From Glaucostegus cemiculus (lineage: Eukaryota), in contig CDPCPM010000073.1 of the NCBI GenBank assembly GCA_976551045.1, forward strand, positions 28,086,001-28,150,000: DNA of 64,000 nucleotides, in the 5' to 3' direction. How positions within the stretch are numbered: position 1 is the first letter of the stretch; each line of letters begins with the position of its first letter. This document shows, piece by piece, positions 62,181-64,000 of this stretch. The position numbers and the translations under genes were made by a program. The notes under the pieces were generated by a model. The model was not told where the DNA came from. It made no database searches and saw only the letters and a program-made list of their open reading frames with translations.

Positions 62181-64000
62181 GGATTAATAGCTTTCAATGT
62201 TAACCTATATTAAAACATCTGTATGCATTGGTTTGACAGACACTGATGACTGAGAATGGAACTCTTCCTATTTTCAGGCACATGGTGTCAAGGTCAAATA
62301 TTTTCAGCACAGGAATAACACAGCCTGTAGTTGGCCCAACAATGACCATCGTTGGCAGTGATCCATCTCTGATGTTGACAGGACAATTCTAACTGATTCA
62401 GCTTTCCTTTGACATAATCTGAGTATGTTATGAATTGGTTATCTTCTACTGACTCTCAGTAATCTATTTGTAATTTTAAATATAACCAATTGAAAGTGAT
62501 CTTTCCATTGCAGAACTGTTTTGCCCCACAGTTGAGCACTAGCACCCTAAGACATGGAAAAATACATTTTGCAACAGTGTTTTCCCTTCCCTTCCCCTGA
62601 TTTCTGCAAGATTAGTGCAGTGATCTGGTTAGCATCTAAAGTGGGAGATTTATGGTCTCCCTGTTTTTCTGGGAATAGCTGCTCACTGTGTTATTGGCCA
62701 AAGTTTATGGTTGGGCTGCCCCCAACTCCTATCTTTTCCAGTACATAACCATGTACATAGAAAGTCATTGCATAAAATGACTTTCAGGATTCACAGCCAG
62801 GTGGATCTAGCCTTGAGTGCACACAGGATATTCAGATTAACATAACCAGGATATTTGGGGTGGAAATCCTGAAGAGAAGCTGATTCTGAAATTCCTTGGG
62901 ATTGATTGCCACAGTTAAGTTGGGAACCTGGTAAAGGCTTGTAAGCTAATATTGGAAACCTGGATTCAAAAAATGTCGACCTGCAGTGTGGATACGCTCA
63001 GTGCAGACAATCCTACTACCTCCCTGGTAAGATCTTTTAAACTACCAAAAACCTGGTCCAACTGTCAGAAAAGTCTCCCATTGTAAATGAAATCCCTGAA
63101 ACAGGAAAGGCTTTGATCCCCGAGCACATTAATTACATCAAAATCTCCGGCTGTTTTCATGATAAAACCAGCCCCTATTTCTCCAGAATATATGTCACCT
63201 CCCATCATTTAATGACAAAGTGGGCACATCCTAAAGAGAATGTTTTCACACCATGAACATGCAGGGGATGTTACCTGTTTGTACTGTGGCACAGCTGATG
63301 TTGTTTTACGTGTGTTGCCAGCTATAAATGTAACTGATTAGAAAGGTTGCTGCTGCAAAACAGCTCAACTAAAGGACATTTTGCATAAAATAATATCCCA
63401 CTGCCCTTCCTCTCTCCCAAAAGTATAAGATTTCTGGCATGTCATAGACAGAACTACCACTGTTTTGGGCCCATAACACATTTTCTACATTACCAGCTCC
63501 AGAAAAGGCCAAGACCCATCCCAATCTATTCTTTAATGTGAAAAACTGAAGGGAAACTTGCACCACAGTGAAGATGCCAGTGAATCCATCAGCCATCTCT
63601 CCACAATGGCACTATAGCTTTCAGACAAATTATGCAAGGGGAGCTACTGGGATAGCATTTTTAGGGTCTAAGTCAAAGGTCACATGATCACATATCACAA
63701 GATCACCGCCAGATTTGGGATCTTTTCTGTTTATAACCTAATCTGCATCATCAATAAAAACAGAAAATGAACGAAATATTCAGTAGGTCAGGCAGCATCT
63801 GTAGGGAGAGAAACAGAGTTAATGCTTTAGGTTGATGATCTTTCCAGCATATTGTATTTTTACTTCAGATTTACAACTGCTAAAATGTTATGCTTTCATA
63901 CTGAAACCTTTCAGTTGCACTTAAGGTGTCAAATCAGAGAGAGAGTTGCATGGTTTTCAACAAATGGAAAAATAACTCACTTTTTTGAAATGAAATAAAA

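Noticed and set aside
60931-64000. The 21-nt SM-B alternative exon (QGPSFAY-like) expected after exon 5, and exon 6 (GELEKQLLQANP)
   Set aside because: No AG-21nt-GT candidate with similar coding was found. The closest, TTTTCAG|GCACATGGTGTCAAG|GTCAAA near 62278, is 15 nt with a poor donor. These exons probably lie beyond the window.

Overview
Vertebrate genomic DNA. The repeat complement (HE1/V-type SINEs, abundant CR1, Rex1/Babar, RTE, Penelope-derived repeats, SacSINE1-like relics) points to a cartilaginous fish, probably a ray/batoid (inference). The window holds the 5' part of a smooth-muscle myosin heavy chain gene (myh11, + strand). Four coding exons (14274-14621, 31907-32063, 53085-53112, 60828-60930) have canonical GT-AG sites and splice in frame to 212 codons, running from the N-terminus through the P-loop GESGAGKT to loop 1. 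A probable non-coding exon 1 (~8675-8768) and promoter lie in a CpG-rich domain (~6.3-10.9 kb). Most of the remainder is transposon debris. Most notable observations: (1) CArG-like boxes upstream and in intron 1 that mirror the rodent SM-MHC CArG2/CArG1/intronic-CArG arrangement; (2) a Ty3/Gypsy element whose pol ends right after RNase H (Gmr1-like domain order), followed by an intact 3' LTR; (3) several minimal hammerhead-ribozyme motifs in Penelope-derived repeats; (4) V-SINEs sharing a head and core but carrying tails from two different LINE partners (CR1 vs Rex1/Babar). I cannot support a wholly new biological system from sequence alone. Repeat boundaries are approximate unless stated otherwise, and there is a 197-N assembly gap at 15849-16045.
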